DNA of 64,000 bases from Patescibacteria group bacterium (GCA_041667185.1 JBAYFM010000006.1:6591-70590); one strand, 5' to 3'. Positions 41,778 through 51,332 are shown, counted from the stretch's first letter. Notes: generated by a model from the sequence alone, not told the origin. Program-made: numbers and translations.

Positions 41778-41882
41778 TTAGCGGCGGCGTTTCGCGGCCT
41801 TCTTGGACTTCTTCGCGACCTTCTTCGATTTCTTGGCGACTTTCTTCACGGCCTTCTTCGCCTTCTTGAGTTTCTTAGCCAT
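41778..41882 (-). CDS. 34-aa Lys/Ala-rich histone H1-like small protein
   Basis: MAKKLKKAKKAVKKVAKKSKKVAKKSKKAAKRRR*; T-ATG context; terminator hairpin at about 41725..41757; not in the ORF track. Confidence 0.7.
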   Translation of the reverse strand: MAKKLKKAKKAVKKVAKKSKKVAKKSKKAAKRRR

Positions 41883-42161
41883 AGTTGTAACGATGACCTG
41901 TTTGAGTAAAAACATTTCGACTTTTTTCAACTCGCGATCCTAGACAAGGGCGCGGCTGAATAACTGCTATAGTCATCGTAACACACGGACGCCTGCGGGC
42001 ACAAGAGTTTGGTCGAGCGTGGTGGCGTCAAAGCGGCGGACGACACGAGATCAGGACAATCCGGATCGGGTTCGCGTGTCTCGTTGTTGTCGTCTTGATT
42101 ATTTCCGTTTCGTATGCCAAGGTCTGGGTGGCGTTCTTTATTCAACAGAAAGGGGTTCGCC

Positions 42162-43136
42162 ATGACCTTGCTTAAGGGCACTCATCATGACCATATCGAC
42201 GGCTCAAGAGCCGTCAGCGACATCATTGATGATCTTTACCGGCTGGCCGGGAAGGACTTCCCGTTCCCGTCGGTCGAGGCCTGGCTCGCGTTCTTCCAGA
42301 ATCCGCAGGAGGATATCGTGAAGCGGTTCAACACCGTCACGAGCGTCCTGCAGAGCACTGAGGCGCTGGAGCTGCTCGGCTACGCTTACGGCCGACGGCG
42401 CGCCGCCGAAGGGCTGAAGTATGTCGAGGCCAAGTTCGCCCCGCAGTATCACGTGTTTGGCGGACTCGCGATGGCTGCCGTGGCCAAGGCCATGATCAGC
42501 GGTCTGAGGCGCGCGGAATGCGCTTCCTCTATCCGCATCCTGCCGGTGATCTGCATCGGCCGCGAGGCTGATCCGGCGACTGGCGTCAAGATCGCCAGGA
42601 TCGCGCTCGAGTACGACGGCGAAGCCGCGCTCGATCTCGTCTGCGACGAGGCGAACCACCCGCCGGAGAAGCATCTGCCGGCCTTCAAGTTGACGCAGGG
42701 CACGAAGGTCCGGCGCGACTGCCACGCCGGCGAGTGGGTCGCCAAAGAACCGGCCGCGACCTATCGCGAACGTTTGGTCCGGAACATCCGGACCGCGCTC
42801 TACGATCTTCGGGTCGACGGCATCGGCCAGGCGATCCCGTTGGCCGACGAACCAGAACTCATCAAGTTCATCGTCGGGAACGGCATCCGCGTCGCCGGCT
42901 GCCCGCTGTCGAACAAGTATTGCGGGCTACTGAGCGACGTGCGCGAATTACGCATCGGCGAGCTCCTGGATCAGGGCGTCATCTACACCCTGAACGCCGA
43001 CGACGACCTGTTCATGGCTTCTTTGCCCGAGGTCGCCGCAGTCTGCGACGCCGCTTACGGCTTCACACCGGAGCAGCAGCGCCAGCTCGAAGAGAACGTC
43101 TTCCGCGGCGCTTTCGCCGCCGACATCCGGCGCTGA
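42162..43136 (+). CDS. Adenosine/adenine deaminase family protein
   Basis: HHDHIDGS, YVEAKFAP, HAGE, CPLSN, LNADD. Confidence 0.85.
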   Translation: MTLLKGTHHDHIDGSRAVSDIIDDLYRLAGKDFPFPSVEAWLAFFQNPQEDIVKRFNTVTSVLQSTEALELLGYAYGRRRAAEGLKYVEAKFAPQYHVFGGLAMAAVAKAMISGLRRAECASSIRILPVICIGREADPATGVKIARIALEYDGEAALDLVCDEANHPPEKHLPAFKLTQGTKVRRDCHAGEWVAKEPAATYRERLVRNIRTALYDLRVDGIGQAIPLADEPELIKFIVGNGIRVAGCPLSNKYCGLLSDVRELRIGELLDQGVIYTLNADDDLFMASLPEVAAVCDAAYGFTPEQQRQLEENVFRGAFAADIRR

Positions 43137-43185
43137 GGACATCTGAAATACCGCCACGCTCTGTGGCGGTATTCTTTTTTTTGGA

Positions 43186-43548
43186 TCAGCGGAAAAGGTT
43201 GAAGCGCTGGACGACGCCCAGGTAGCCGAGCGCCAGGACGAAGAAGGCCAGCAGGCCGGCCGCGATCGCCTTGTGCGGTCCGATCTTGGGAGCCAGCAGC
43301 GCGACGATGAGCATGTAGGGGACCCAGGCGATGATGGAGCCGATGAGGACGAGCCAGGCGTGCTGGGCCACGGCCGAGCCGCCGCGGGAGTCGCCGATGA
43401 AAAAATACGCCACGAGGGTGAAGACCGGGATGAGCGTCGCGAGACCCGACAAGAGCCGGTAGTTGCTCTGTTCGAGCGCGACGATCAGGGTCGTCACCGT
43501 GCCGCCGACGATGAAGTAAATGACCAGATTTTTCAGTTGGTCGGTCAT
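43186..43548 (-). CDS. Small four-TM protein (GlpM/DUF3147-like)
   Basis: FIVGG...LSGLATLIPVFTL pattern. Confidence 0.65.
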   Translation of the reverse strand: MTDQLKNLVIYFIVGGTVTTLIVALEQSNYRLLSGLATLIPVFTLVAYFFIGDSRGGSAVAQHAWLVLIGSIIAWVPYMLIVALLAPKIGPHKAIAAGLLAFFVLALGYLGVVQRFNLFR

Positions 43549-43654
43549 AAGCTCGAGATCAATGATCGTATTATAGCAAGAGTCTGGTGATCAATGCCGC
43601 CGGGCGCGAGCGATGAAAAAACCGTCCGTTCGGCCGGGCGGTCGGCGCTAGCCG

Positions 43655-44518
43655 TTACGGAACGATGTAGGGCGCTTCGCGTTTGCCGGTCTTCGAGGCG
43701 ACATGCGCGATCACTTTGCGGATCGTCTCTGGCGCCACGCCGTAGCGCTTCGCGATCGTCCGTGCCGCCAGTCGACGGTCCCAGATGCCGGCGAGGATGA
43801 TGTCGATGGTCAGATAGTCGACGCCGAGCTCGCCTTCGTCGGTCTGGTCGGCCCAGAGTTCGGCGGTCGGTTTGCGTTTGAGGACGCTCTCCGGCAGGCC
43901 GAGCTGGGCGGCGAGCGCGTAGATCTGGACCTTGAAAAGATCGAGGAACGGTTCGAGCCCGGAGATGTTGTCACCGCCGATGGTGTAGTAGGCGAGGAGG
44001 TGCTCGGTCCGGTTCTCGGTGCCGATGAGGATGCCGCCGAACAGCGAGCATGTGTGTTCGAGGATCTTCATCCGCTCGCGGGCGGCCATGTTGCCGCGCT
44101 GGAGCGCGGAGTCGCCGCGCTCGCCGAGGACGTCCTTGGCGGCGCGCCAGCTCGCTTCCACCGCTTCGCCGATGTTGACGGTGTGGACGTTCACATCGGG
44201 GATGCCGAGCGCGGCCGCGATTTCGCCGGCGATCGTCACGGATTCGGTCGCGGGTCCGCAGGGCAGCCGGAGCACGATGACGTTCTCGGGTCCGATGGCT
44301 CTGGTCACGAGCGCTGCGGCCACGGCGGAATCGATGCCGCCCGAGAGTCCGATCACAGCTTTCTTGAAGCCGTGGCGCTGGAAATATTTCCGGATGAGTT
44401 TGGTTTTGGCCGCGATGAGCTTGTCGGCTTTTTGGGGCGGGAGCCGCAAATAATCCGGCGCTTTGGCCGGGTCGAGATAGGTGCGGTTGTCCTTGCGGCC
44501 ATGTTTTGTCATAATCAT
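43655..44518 (-). CDS. nadE: NH3-dependent NAD+ synthetase
   Basis: GLSGGIDSA, NMAARERM, GTENRTE, PTAELWADQTDEGELG. Confidence 0.92.
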   Translation of the reverse strand: MIMTKHGRKDNRTYLDPAKAPDYLRLPPQKADKLIAAKTKLIRKYFQRHGFKKAVIGLSGGIDSAVAAALVTRAIGPENVIVLRLPCGPATESVTIAGEIAAALGIPDVNVHTVNIGEAVEASWRAAKDVLGERGDSALQRGNMAARERMKILEHTCSLFGGILIGTENRTEHLLAYYTIGGDNISGLEPFLDLFKVQIYALAAQLGLPESVLKRKPTAELWADQTDEGELGVDYLTIDIILAGIWDRRLAARTIAKRYGVAPETIRKVIAHVASKTGKREAPYIVP

Positions 44519-44538
44519 AATTTTTCCTTCAATTCTTT

Positions 44539-44621
44539 ACTCTCCCAAACTCTGTCACGCCGTTCGAGAGCGACATATCTCCGTCTCTCCCGCACTCCTG
44601 CACTCCAGCACTCCGTCACTT
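44539..44621. repeat. Octamer-phased CTCC repeat element with degenerate palindrome
   Basis: ACGCCGTTCGAGAGCGACAT then CTCCGTCT CTCCCGCA CTCCTGCA CTCCAGCA CTCCGTCA. Confidence 0.75.
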
Positions 44622-44792
44622 CTTAATCCAATCTTATTTTCAGGCTTTTATCGGAGGTCTGTCAAGCGGATCCGGTGCAAGCCTGTCGTCGGGCGTTCGG
44701 CGGATTTGGCAAATTGACCTTTGAACCGGAAACAAGTAGTTTGATGGCGTCATCTGCCAGAGCAGCAGCGTATCACAGAATGGAGGTCAGTC

Positions 44793-45197
44793 ATGGGACG
44801 TTCATTGAAAGAGAAGATTGCCACATCAGGATCGGGTCTCGTTCGCCGGATCCGCCGCTGGCTCGTTTCACCGCTCGCCGAATTTCAGGAACTGCGGCGC
44901 CAGCGCGCTCTGGTCAAACGCCAGTTGCAATATGCTCTGGCGACCCAGTATCTTGTCGGGCAATTGCGGTACCACGGCATCGAGGTGCTGGAATATGAGC
45001 CCGGCGATCACGGACCCAGAGTTCGGGCCAGAGTGCATCCGGAACAGTCCTGGGTCTACTGCCTCATCTATTCCGCCGTACGGCAGCATTTTCCCGGACT
45101 CACGGAAGCCGAACTCTGCGACGGGGCGGAACCGGGCGAACTCCTGACCGCGGCTCACGGTTTTCGCCGACGCGACCAGCCCGCCAGCAATAATTGA
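44793..45197 (+). CDS. Hypothetical protein (SD-led cassette gene)
   Basis: GGAGGT SD; TTGACC-17-TAGTTT at 44714..44742; downstream hairpin with T-run. Confidence 0.65.
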   Translation: MGRSLKEKIATSGSGLVRRIRRWLVSPLAEFQELRRQRALVKRQLQYALATQYLVGQLRYHGIEVLEYEPGDHGPRVRARVHPEQSWVYCLIYSAVRQHFPGLTEAELCDGAEPGELLTAAHGFRRRDQPASNN

Positions 45198-45246
45198 ACA
45201 GCTTCGTTTTTTCGATCTTCGGACGGCCTTGGGCCGTCTTTTTTTA

Positions 45247-45332
45247 GAAGTGACGGAGTCAGGAAGTGTAGGAGAGACGGAGTCGTTGAGAGATTCTCCC
45301 GAACTCCGTCTCTCCCTGACTTCGTCTCTCAC
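45247..45332. repeat. Octamer-phased repeat element between two convergent terminators
   Basis: GGAG arm then CTCCCGAA CTCCGTCT CTCCCTGA CTTCGTCT. Confidence 0.75.
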
Positions 45333-45378
45333 AAAAAACCCCGCAGCGGAATGCTGCGGGGCGTAGAGTCGAAAGAAC

Positions 45379-47556
45379 CTACTTGGAGGAGCCGCGAACG
45401 AGCGCAATCAAGTCCTTGAAGGGCTTGCCGCGGTCGATGAGCGATCCCTCGACGGGTTCTTTGGTGTAGAAGGTCGCTTCGGTGGCGATGATGCGCTTGT
45501 CGGACGATTCGATGCGGATGAAGCCCACGCCGGTATCAACGGTCTTGAGCTTGTGATCCTCGAAGGCCGAACCACGCTTGATCGTACCGAGCTCCAGACA
45601 GACGCGCTGCCCGAGGTGGGCATCCCACATCTCGAGATGTTCGCTGACGTGGAAGTTGGCGCCCACGACGAGCTGGCTTTCCGCCGCCATCTCAAGCATC
45701 TCCTGCGGCCGGAGCGAAGTGGTCTTGGCCCGGCTCATGTGCGGATGCATGACGGAGACGCGGAGGCCGGACGGGAGATCGAACTCGCCGTTTTCCGGTT
45801 CCACGATCTTGCCGTTCACGAGTCCCATGAGGTGCGGAACATAGTACCCCTTCGCGTTGAGCAGGTCGGCGATCGCCTCGTAGACGCGCGTGGCGATGAC
45901 ATGTTTCATCACCACGAGCGGCGTGTGGCCGTCCCGGAGCGACCACAGGTCGTGGTTGCCGGGGATGACGACGAATGTCGGCAGCGACTGCTCGCAGATG
46001 CGAGCGATCTGGTCGGCCGCGGCGGTGCCGGAAGAGAGCTTCTCGATAGCCGTGTTGAAGCGGTGGTGGAAGACCTTCAGCAAGACCTTGGCGACGAGTT
46101 CGCCAGCCAGGGTCTCCTGCTCGGTGACGTTCATGGCCGCGTAGATCTCATCGAGGTATTTGTAACCTTCGACGAGGTCGCCGGCGCCGATGAGCATCTG
46201 CGCATCGCGTTCGATGATGGCTTTGGGCAGGGTATCGAGGAAATATCGGATGTCGGTCCGGATCGAGCCGGCGTGCAGACAACCGAACGCCACGATGGAG
46301 TCAGTGTGACACTCCTGAACCAGGGCCGGATAACGCAGATTTTCGCGCATCCAGTAGCTGTCGAAGTCCCAGCGTTTGGACTGGCTGTCGAAGCGCAGTC
46401 CGGGCCAGTTCTTCGGCTGCTTGCCGTAGCGGTTCGCGAGCGGCTTGAGTTCGGCTTCGACCGTCTCGCGGCTGAGCTTGGCAGCATCAGCCAGGAGGCC
46501 GGCGGACATCCGCCCGTGCTCCTTGAGGAGCGTGAGCAGCTTCTGCTGGCGCGGGGTCAGGCTCTTCGGCAACTCGATGTACGAGCGTTCGAGGCGCACG
46601 TAATCCTTGAAGCTGAAGCTCTTGACCACGGGGTCGCTGCGGTCGCGATGGACCGTCATGACGCGGACGCCGATCTGGTTCTCGTTGACCCGCACTTCCT
46701 GCAGACGATGCAGCACCGGGACCGAAACGTACGGCCGGGGCAGTTCGCCTGAAGGCTTGGTGATGGTCGCGCCGAAACAGCCGACGGCCTGGATGTCCGG
46801 GAGCTCGCGGGAGCTCTGGCGGCGCTTGTCTTTGAGGACGCGCTCGATCGGCGTCGAGAAGTAGTCGCCCCGCATCCACACGGATTTTTCGGGAACGAGC
46901 ACTTCGACGACCTTGCCAGCCTGTTTGATGGGTAGGCGGTCGCCGCCGGTCTGGTAGACGCGGATGTCAGTGTTGCGCAGCTCTGCGAGGAGCTGGGCCA
47001 CGGACTCACCGATCTCGCCGTCGTACGCCGGACTCGGGAAGATATACAACTTGATCTTCTCGCCCTTGGCGTTCGTGAAGACGGGGAGGGACTTGGCAAG
47101 GCGTTCGGCCATGCGGTCGGGTTCGAACTCATCGAGATACGACTGGAACCGCGCTGCCGTGGCTTCAAGCATCTCGATGTCCTTCGAATCGGCCGTGACG
47201 GGCTCGGCGTCCTTCTTGGTTCGGCGCTTGCCGGCGGCCTTGTTGGGCTTTCGCGCTGTCGGCTTCTTGGTCGTGGCCGCGGCTTCCGCCTTGGCCTGCG
47301 CCTTCTCGTCTTTCTGGATCCGCTTGATCAGCTTGTTGATCTCGTTGATCCGCCTCTTGAGCTTCAGCGTCTTCTCCCGGACGTACCGGGCGGCGATGAG
47401 ACCGCCAGCGAGGACGACGAAGTGGACGTCTTCGCGGCTGAACGTTTCGGCGGCCTGCTCGAGCAGGGCCTGGCGATAACCGTCGCTCGGAAAATCAATC
47501 CGGGAAATCAGACCGATGCGGGTCGACGAACCACTGCTATTGTCGGTGGGCATCAT
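45379..47556 (-). CDS. Large protein: degenerate metallophosphoesterase domain, winged HTH, metallophosphoesterase domain
   Basis: C-terminal GCLH/GDLVEG/GNHD/MHPH/ANFH; central LTPRQQKLLTLLKEHGRMSAGLLA; AAGGAGG SD. Confidence 0.75.
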   Translation of the reverse strand: MMPTDNSSGSSTRIGLISRIDFPSDGYRQALLEQAAETFSREDVHFVVLAGGLIAARYVREKTLKLKRRINEINKLIKRIQKDEKAQAKAEAAATTKKPTARKPNKAAGKRRTKKDAEPVTADSKDIEMLEATAARFQSYLDEFEPDRMAERLAKSLPVFTNAKGEKIKLYIFPSPAYDGEIGESVAQLLAELRNTDIRVYQTGGDRLPIKQAGKVVEVLVPEKSVWMRGDYFSTPIERVLKDKRRQSSRELPDIQAVGCFGATITKPSGELPRPYVSVPVLHRLQEVRVNENQIGVRVMTVHRDRSDPVVKSFSFKDYVRLERSYIELPKSLTPRQQKLLTLLKEHGRMSAGLLADAAKLSRETVEAELKPLANRYGKQPKNWPGLRFDSQSKRWDFDSYWMRENLRYPALVQECHTDSIVAFGCLHAGSIRTDIRYFLDTLPKAIIERDAQMLIGAGDLVEGYKYLDEIYAAMNVTEQETLAGELVAKVLLKVFHHRFNTAIEKLSSGTAAADQIARICEQSLPTFVVIPGNHDLWSLRDGHTPLVVMKHVIATRVYEAIADLLNAKGYYVPHLMGLVNGKIVEPENGEFDLPSGLRVSVMHPHMSRAKTTSLRPQEMLEMAAESQLVVGANFHVSEHLEMWDAHLGQRVCLELGTIKRGSAFEDHKLKTVDTGVGFIRIESSDKRIIATEATFYTKEPVEGSLIDRGKPFKDLIALVRGSSK

Positions 47557-47579
47557 GTCGTGCCTCCTTTGGGGTTTGG

Positions 47580-47667
47580 TTGTCAAAGTACTGCTGGCGC
47601 CGGATGCGCCGCCTCGCGGCCTTCGCGAGGTTCATAGCACCTTAGAAAGAAGGCGAGGTTTTGTCAA
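47580..47667 (-). promoter_or_regulatory. TTGACA-17-TAAGGT promoter, two hairpins, boxA-like GTACTTTGACAA
   Basis: -35 at 47662..47667, -10 at 47639..47644, motif at 47580..47591. Confidence 0.65.
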
Positions 47668-47761
47668 TCGGATTTTTAGGCCGGGGCATCTTGCCAAAAA
47701 GCCGAAAATAGTGTATGGTCTCATGAACTGATTTTTCGTTGATCAGGCCAAATTTGAGGCT

Positions 47762-48799
47762 ATGAAGACCGTCGAATCGGTAACTGAAGGGCATCCGGAT
47801 AAAGTCTGCGACCAGATCGCTGACGCTATTTTGGATGCGTACCTGACACGCGACCCCGCGAGTCGCGTGGCGGTGGAGGTTTTGGGCACCCACGGGGCGC
47901 TCATCATCGGCGGCGAGGTCACTTCGCGCGCGACCGTCGATCCGGGCCAGATCGCGTCCAAGGTCTACAAGGAGATCGGCTACGACGACGATCTCGAGGT
48001 TTTCGTGAACATTGATGAGCAGTCGCCGGACATCGCCAAGGGCGTGGACGGCGGCGGCGCCGGCGACCAGGGGATCATGTATGGCTACGCCACGGCCGAG
48101 ACCAAAGAATATCTGCCGCCGCCGGTGGTACTCGCACAACGCCTGGCTTGGGGGCTCACGGATCTCCGCAAGAACAATCCGGATTTTTCCTGGCTGCGTC
48201 CGGACGGCAAGACCCAGGTGACGATCGATCAGGGTCGGCCGGTGGCGATCGTCGTGTCCGCGCAGCACGCCGAAGAGATCGATGCCGCCGCGATGCGGCA
48301 GCTGCTGCTCAAGAACCTTATTGCGCCGCTCGTTGATGACGCGCGGCGCACGAGCGTTTACATCAACGCCACGGGTTCCTTCGTGCGCGGCGGTTTCGCC
48401 GCTGACACCGGACTCACCGGGCGCAAGATTATGGTCGACACTTACGGCGGCCTCATCCCGCACGGCGGGGGAGCGTTCTCCGGCAAGGATCCGACGAAGG
48501 TTGACCGGTCGGCCGCCTACATGGCGCGCTTCGCCGCGAAGAACGTCGTGGCGAACGGCGTCGCCAAGAGCTGCCTGATCTCGGTAGCCTACGTCATCGG
48601 CAAGGAAGAGCCGCTCATGCTGCGGGCCGTCTCCGGCGATGGACGCGATCTCAGCGGCTACGTCAACCAGCATTTTGATTTCCGGCCGCGCGCCATCATT
48701 GAACGGCTGAATCTGCGCCGGCCGATCTATCGCCCCACGGCCGCTTACGGGCACTTCGGCCGCGACGAATTCCCCTGGGAACACATCGTCCTCGACTGA
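47762..48799 (+). CDS. metK: S-adenosylmethionine synthetase
   Basis: ESVTEGHPDKVCDQI, GAGDQG, DGKTQV, GGGAFSGKDPTKVDRS. Confidence 0.96.
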   Translation: MKTVESVTEGHPDKVCDQIADAILDAYLTRDPASRVAVEVLGTHGALIIGGEVTSRATVDPGQIASKVYKEIGYDDDLEVFVNIDEQSPDIAKGVDGGGAGDQGIMYGYATAETKEYLPPPVVLAQRLAWGLTDLRKNNPDFSWLRPDGKTQVTIDQGRPVAIVVSAQHAEEIDAAAMRQLLLKNLIAPLVDDARRTSVYINATGSFVRGGFAADTGLTGRKIMVDTYGGLIPHGGGAFSGKDPTKVDRSAAYMARFAAKNVVANGVAKSCLISVAYVIGKEEPLMLRAVSGDGRDLSGYVNQHFDFRPRAIIERLNLRRPIYRPTAAYGHFGRDEFPWEHIVLD

Positions 48800-48950
48800 T
48801 CAGCGCCTCGAATATCAGAACGTCGCCTCCGCGGGCGGCGTTTTGAACTTGACCGGGAATTGCCGGCGGCCCATACTGTGGACTGCCGAAGCCTCCGGGC
48901 TCATTCGGCGATCGCACTTTTGATCATTTCAGGAAGACTAGGAGGTCAAC

Positions 48951-49613
48951 ATGAACTGGCTAACATTGGCCACCGCTGTCTGTTTCGTCTTATCGGTCGG
49001 TTACGCTCTCGGTCGGTTGGCGACTCGCGCCGCCAGCCGTCGCCAACTCGAACGGATCTTCGTCGATCATTATCGGACCTGGTGCCATCTGCTCGGACGT
49101 CTGCATCCGGAGCCGGTCCCGCTGGGTTGGAATTGCCGGGTGGTCCAGGCTTTGCGCAAAGAGGTCGGGGCCAGACTCGATATGACGCTGAAGATGATCC
49201 AGTTCGGCCGGCAGCATTTCCAGGTCGATCGCGAGATCTCGGAGCGGCTGGAGAGATCGTCGGCCAGGAATCTCGAGGCCGCGTCCGCCCTGCTCGACTA
49301 TGGCGAGGGACAGGTCTTGCCGCTGCTTGGCCGCGTCCGCGATTGCGCCTCGTTGCTGCATGGCGAGGTCGAGATGTTGATCAAACTTGCCTCCGGACGT
49401 TACGACCGGCTCGCCGCGCGCGGTTGCCAGGTCGAAGCGGAACGACAAAGGATCACTATGATCCGCAATGCCAGCGCCGCCAGCCGGCTTCAGATCGCCG
49501 GCGCTCCGGTCACCACCATGAAACTGCTGCGGGTCCAGCTAAGGGTCATCCATGATCTGCTGCTCACCGCCGACGTCCTTGAAACCATGCTCCCGCCCGC
49601 AGGAGGGAAGTGA
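48951..49613 (+). CDS. Hypothetical single-TM helical protein (SD-led cassette gene)
   Basis: AGGAGGT SD; TTGACC-17-CATACT at 48849..48877. Confidence 0.7.
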   Translation: MNWLTLATAVCFVLSVGYALGRLATRAASRRQLERIFVDHYRTWCHLLGRLHPEPVPLGWNCRVVQALRKEVGARLDMTLKMIQFGRQHFQVDREISERLERSSARNLEAASALLDYGEGQVLPLLGRVRDCASLLHGEVEMLIKLASGRYDRLAARGCQVEAERQRITMIRNASAASRLQIAGAPVTTMKLLRVQLRVIHDLLLTADVLETMLPPAGGK

Positions 49614-49668
49614 GGCTCAGAGGCTTTCCAGACGGCTCATTCGTTGGGCTGTCTTTTTTTTGTGGATG

Positions 49669-49770
49669 TGGAGAGTGGGGTGGGAGTGCTGGAGTGCTGG
49701 AGTGCTGGAGTGCTGGAGTGCTGGAGTGCTCTCATACTCCGTCTCTCCCACACTTCCAAACTCCCACACC
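49669..49770. repeat. Octamer-phased repeat element with (GGAGTGCT)6 at 49683..49730
   Basis: Six perfect tandem octamers, then a CTCC arm ending at the next -35 box. Confidence 0.88.
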
Positions 49771-49876
49771 TTGACTTTATGGCCATTTTGAGCTAATCTT
49801 GCTGGTCCGATTTGCGGGCTTCGTACCTTGAACATTCATCGAGCTCAGCTCCTCTCATCAGACTGGAGGTCCGATC

Positions 49877-50539
49877 ATGACCATCATCAGTGCCAGCGCG
49901 GTCGCTATCATCGCTTTTTTGAGCGGCATCCTGTTCCAGAATTCGCGCGCTTTTCGTCAGCGGCTCCGATGCACCAAGGCCAGATTGACGGAGTCCGGAG
50001 CGCAGATCGCCAAGACTCGCCTGCAGTTGGCGTCCGCTGGTCGCGCCCATAATCCGAACGGCCTGATCGCCTGGGCGAGGCAGCATGCCGCGCAACTGCT
50101 CGATCAGAACGAAGGGACCCGTCTCGCTGCTCTGGGGCTCGCCGACAAAGATCGGGACGGCCTGGGCCACGCCGAGGACATGGAACGCGAGGTCTGGCAC
50201 GGCATCTGCGCCGCGCGCAGCATCATGGAGTGCACGGAACGCTATCTGTCCAAGCAGATCTGTCTCGACAATCAGAAGATGAACGGATTTTTGGACGATA
50301 TCGAAGGGTTGCGCCGTCGGCTGGGCGCGCGTCTCGATCGATCGACGGCCGGTCCGAGTATCTACGAGGAGCAGATCCGCCTCGTCCGGCTGGGCGCGCG
50401 CATCGTCGCAGAGCGGGAGACTTTCAAGAGCGATCCGGCCGTCGGCTGGAACCGCATTCAGTCACTGCTCCGCGCCCTCGTTGATGTCGACCAGAGTCTG
50501 GAGTCGAAGCTCGGCGCTTTCAACCTGAACGACCGCTGA
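49877..50539 (+). CDS. Hypothetical single-TM helical protein (SD-led cassette gene)
   Basis: GGAGGT SD; TTGACT-17-TAATCT at 49771..49799. Confidence 0.7.
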   Translation: MTIISASAVAIIAFLSGILFQNSRAFRQRLRCTKARLTESGAQIAKTRLQLASAGRAHNPNGLIAWARQHAAQLLDQNEGTRLAALGLADKDRDGLGHAEDMEREVWHGICAARSIMECTERYLSKQICLDNQKMNGFLDDIEGLRRRLGARLDRSTAGPSIYEEQIRLVRLGARIVAERETFKSDPAVGWNRIQSLLRALVDVDQSLESKLGAFNLNDR

Positions 50540-50645
50540 CGGAACAGCGGACTTGAGAGACGAACGCTTGTTCGTCTCTTTTTTTTGTGCGCCTGATCCT
50601 GAAATGGTAAAATGCCCGCGTATTCATTTAATCTCGCTTCTATCT

Positions 50646-51332
50646 ATGGATGCCGCTAATCCCGCCAAGCAGCCGGTTGCCGTTCCTCCGGCCGCTCCGC
50701 CGACGCCGCCCGCACAGTCCAATAACAGACTCTTGATCATCATCATCGCCGTCGTGGTCGGCCTTTCGTTTCTGGGCTGGGTCGGTTCGAAGGTCGCCGG
50801 TTTCGTCGCTCGCAAGGCTCTCGAAGCCGGTACCGGCCTGAAGATCGATGACAAAGGCGGCGTCGTCAGTTTCAAGGGACAGGACGGAGCAGAGATGAAA
50901 TTTGACGCCAACGGGCAGGGCGGCACGTTCACTTATAAGACCGAGACCGGCGAGACCGGCGTCATCGAGACTCAGGTCGGCGGCACGGACAAACTCCTGG
51001 CGCTGCCCGAGTCGTTCCCGTCGGATATCCCGGTCATGTCCGGTTTGAAACTGATCAATAAGTACAGTCTGGGTTCGGGCGAGATGAATACTTTCACGCT
51101 GACCTGGACCGCCGCCGAGAGCCAGAAGAAGATCGCGGATTATTATAAGGAAGCCATGCCGCGGAACGGCTGGACCTTGACGACCGAATTCGCCACGCCT
51201 GATAGCCTGATGATTTCTTTCGAAAAGATGTTCGACGCCAAGACCGAGACCAAGCATTCGGCGACCTTCAGTTTCACGTCGAAAGAGGACGGCAGCCTCG
51301 AAGTTTCGCTGGTGGCTCAGATTTACAAATAG
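50646..51332 (+). CDS. Hypothetical membrane-anchored protein
   Basis: Pro-rich N-terminus, TM, LPESFPSDIPV...YYKEAM..NGW. Confidence 0.75.
   Translation: MDAANPAKQPVAVPPAAPPTPPAQSNNRLLIIIIAVVVGLSFLGWVGSKVAGFVARKALEAGTGLKIDDKGGVVSFKGQDGAEMKFDANGQGGTFTYKTETGETGVIETQVGGTDKLLALPESFPSDIPVMSGLKLINKYSLGSGEMNTFTLTWTAAESQKKIADYYKEAMPRNGWTLTTEFATPDSLMISFEKMFDAKTETKHSATFSFTSKEDGSLEVSLVAQIYK

Noticed and set aside
47690-47761. SAM riboswitch upstream of metK
   Set aside because: The leader is short, with one small CTGAT...ATCAG hairpin and no convincing SAM-I/II/V or SAM-SAH consensus; needs an Rfam scan
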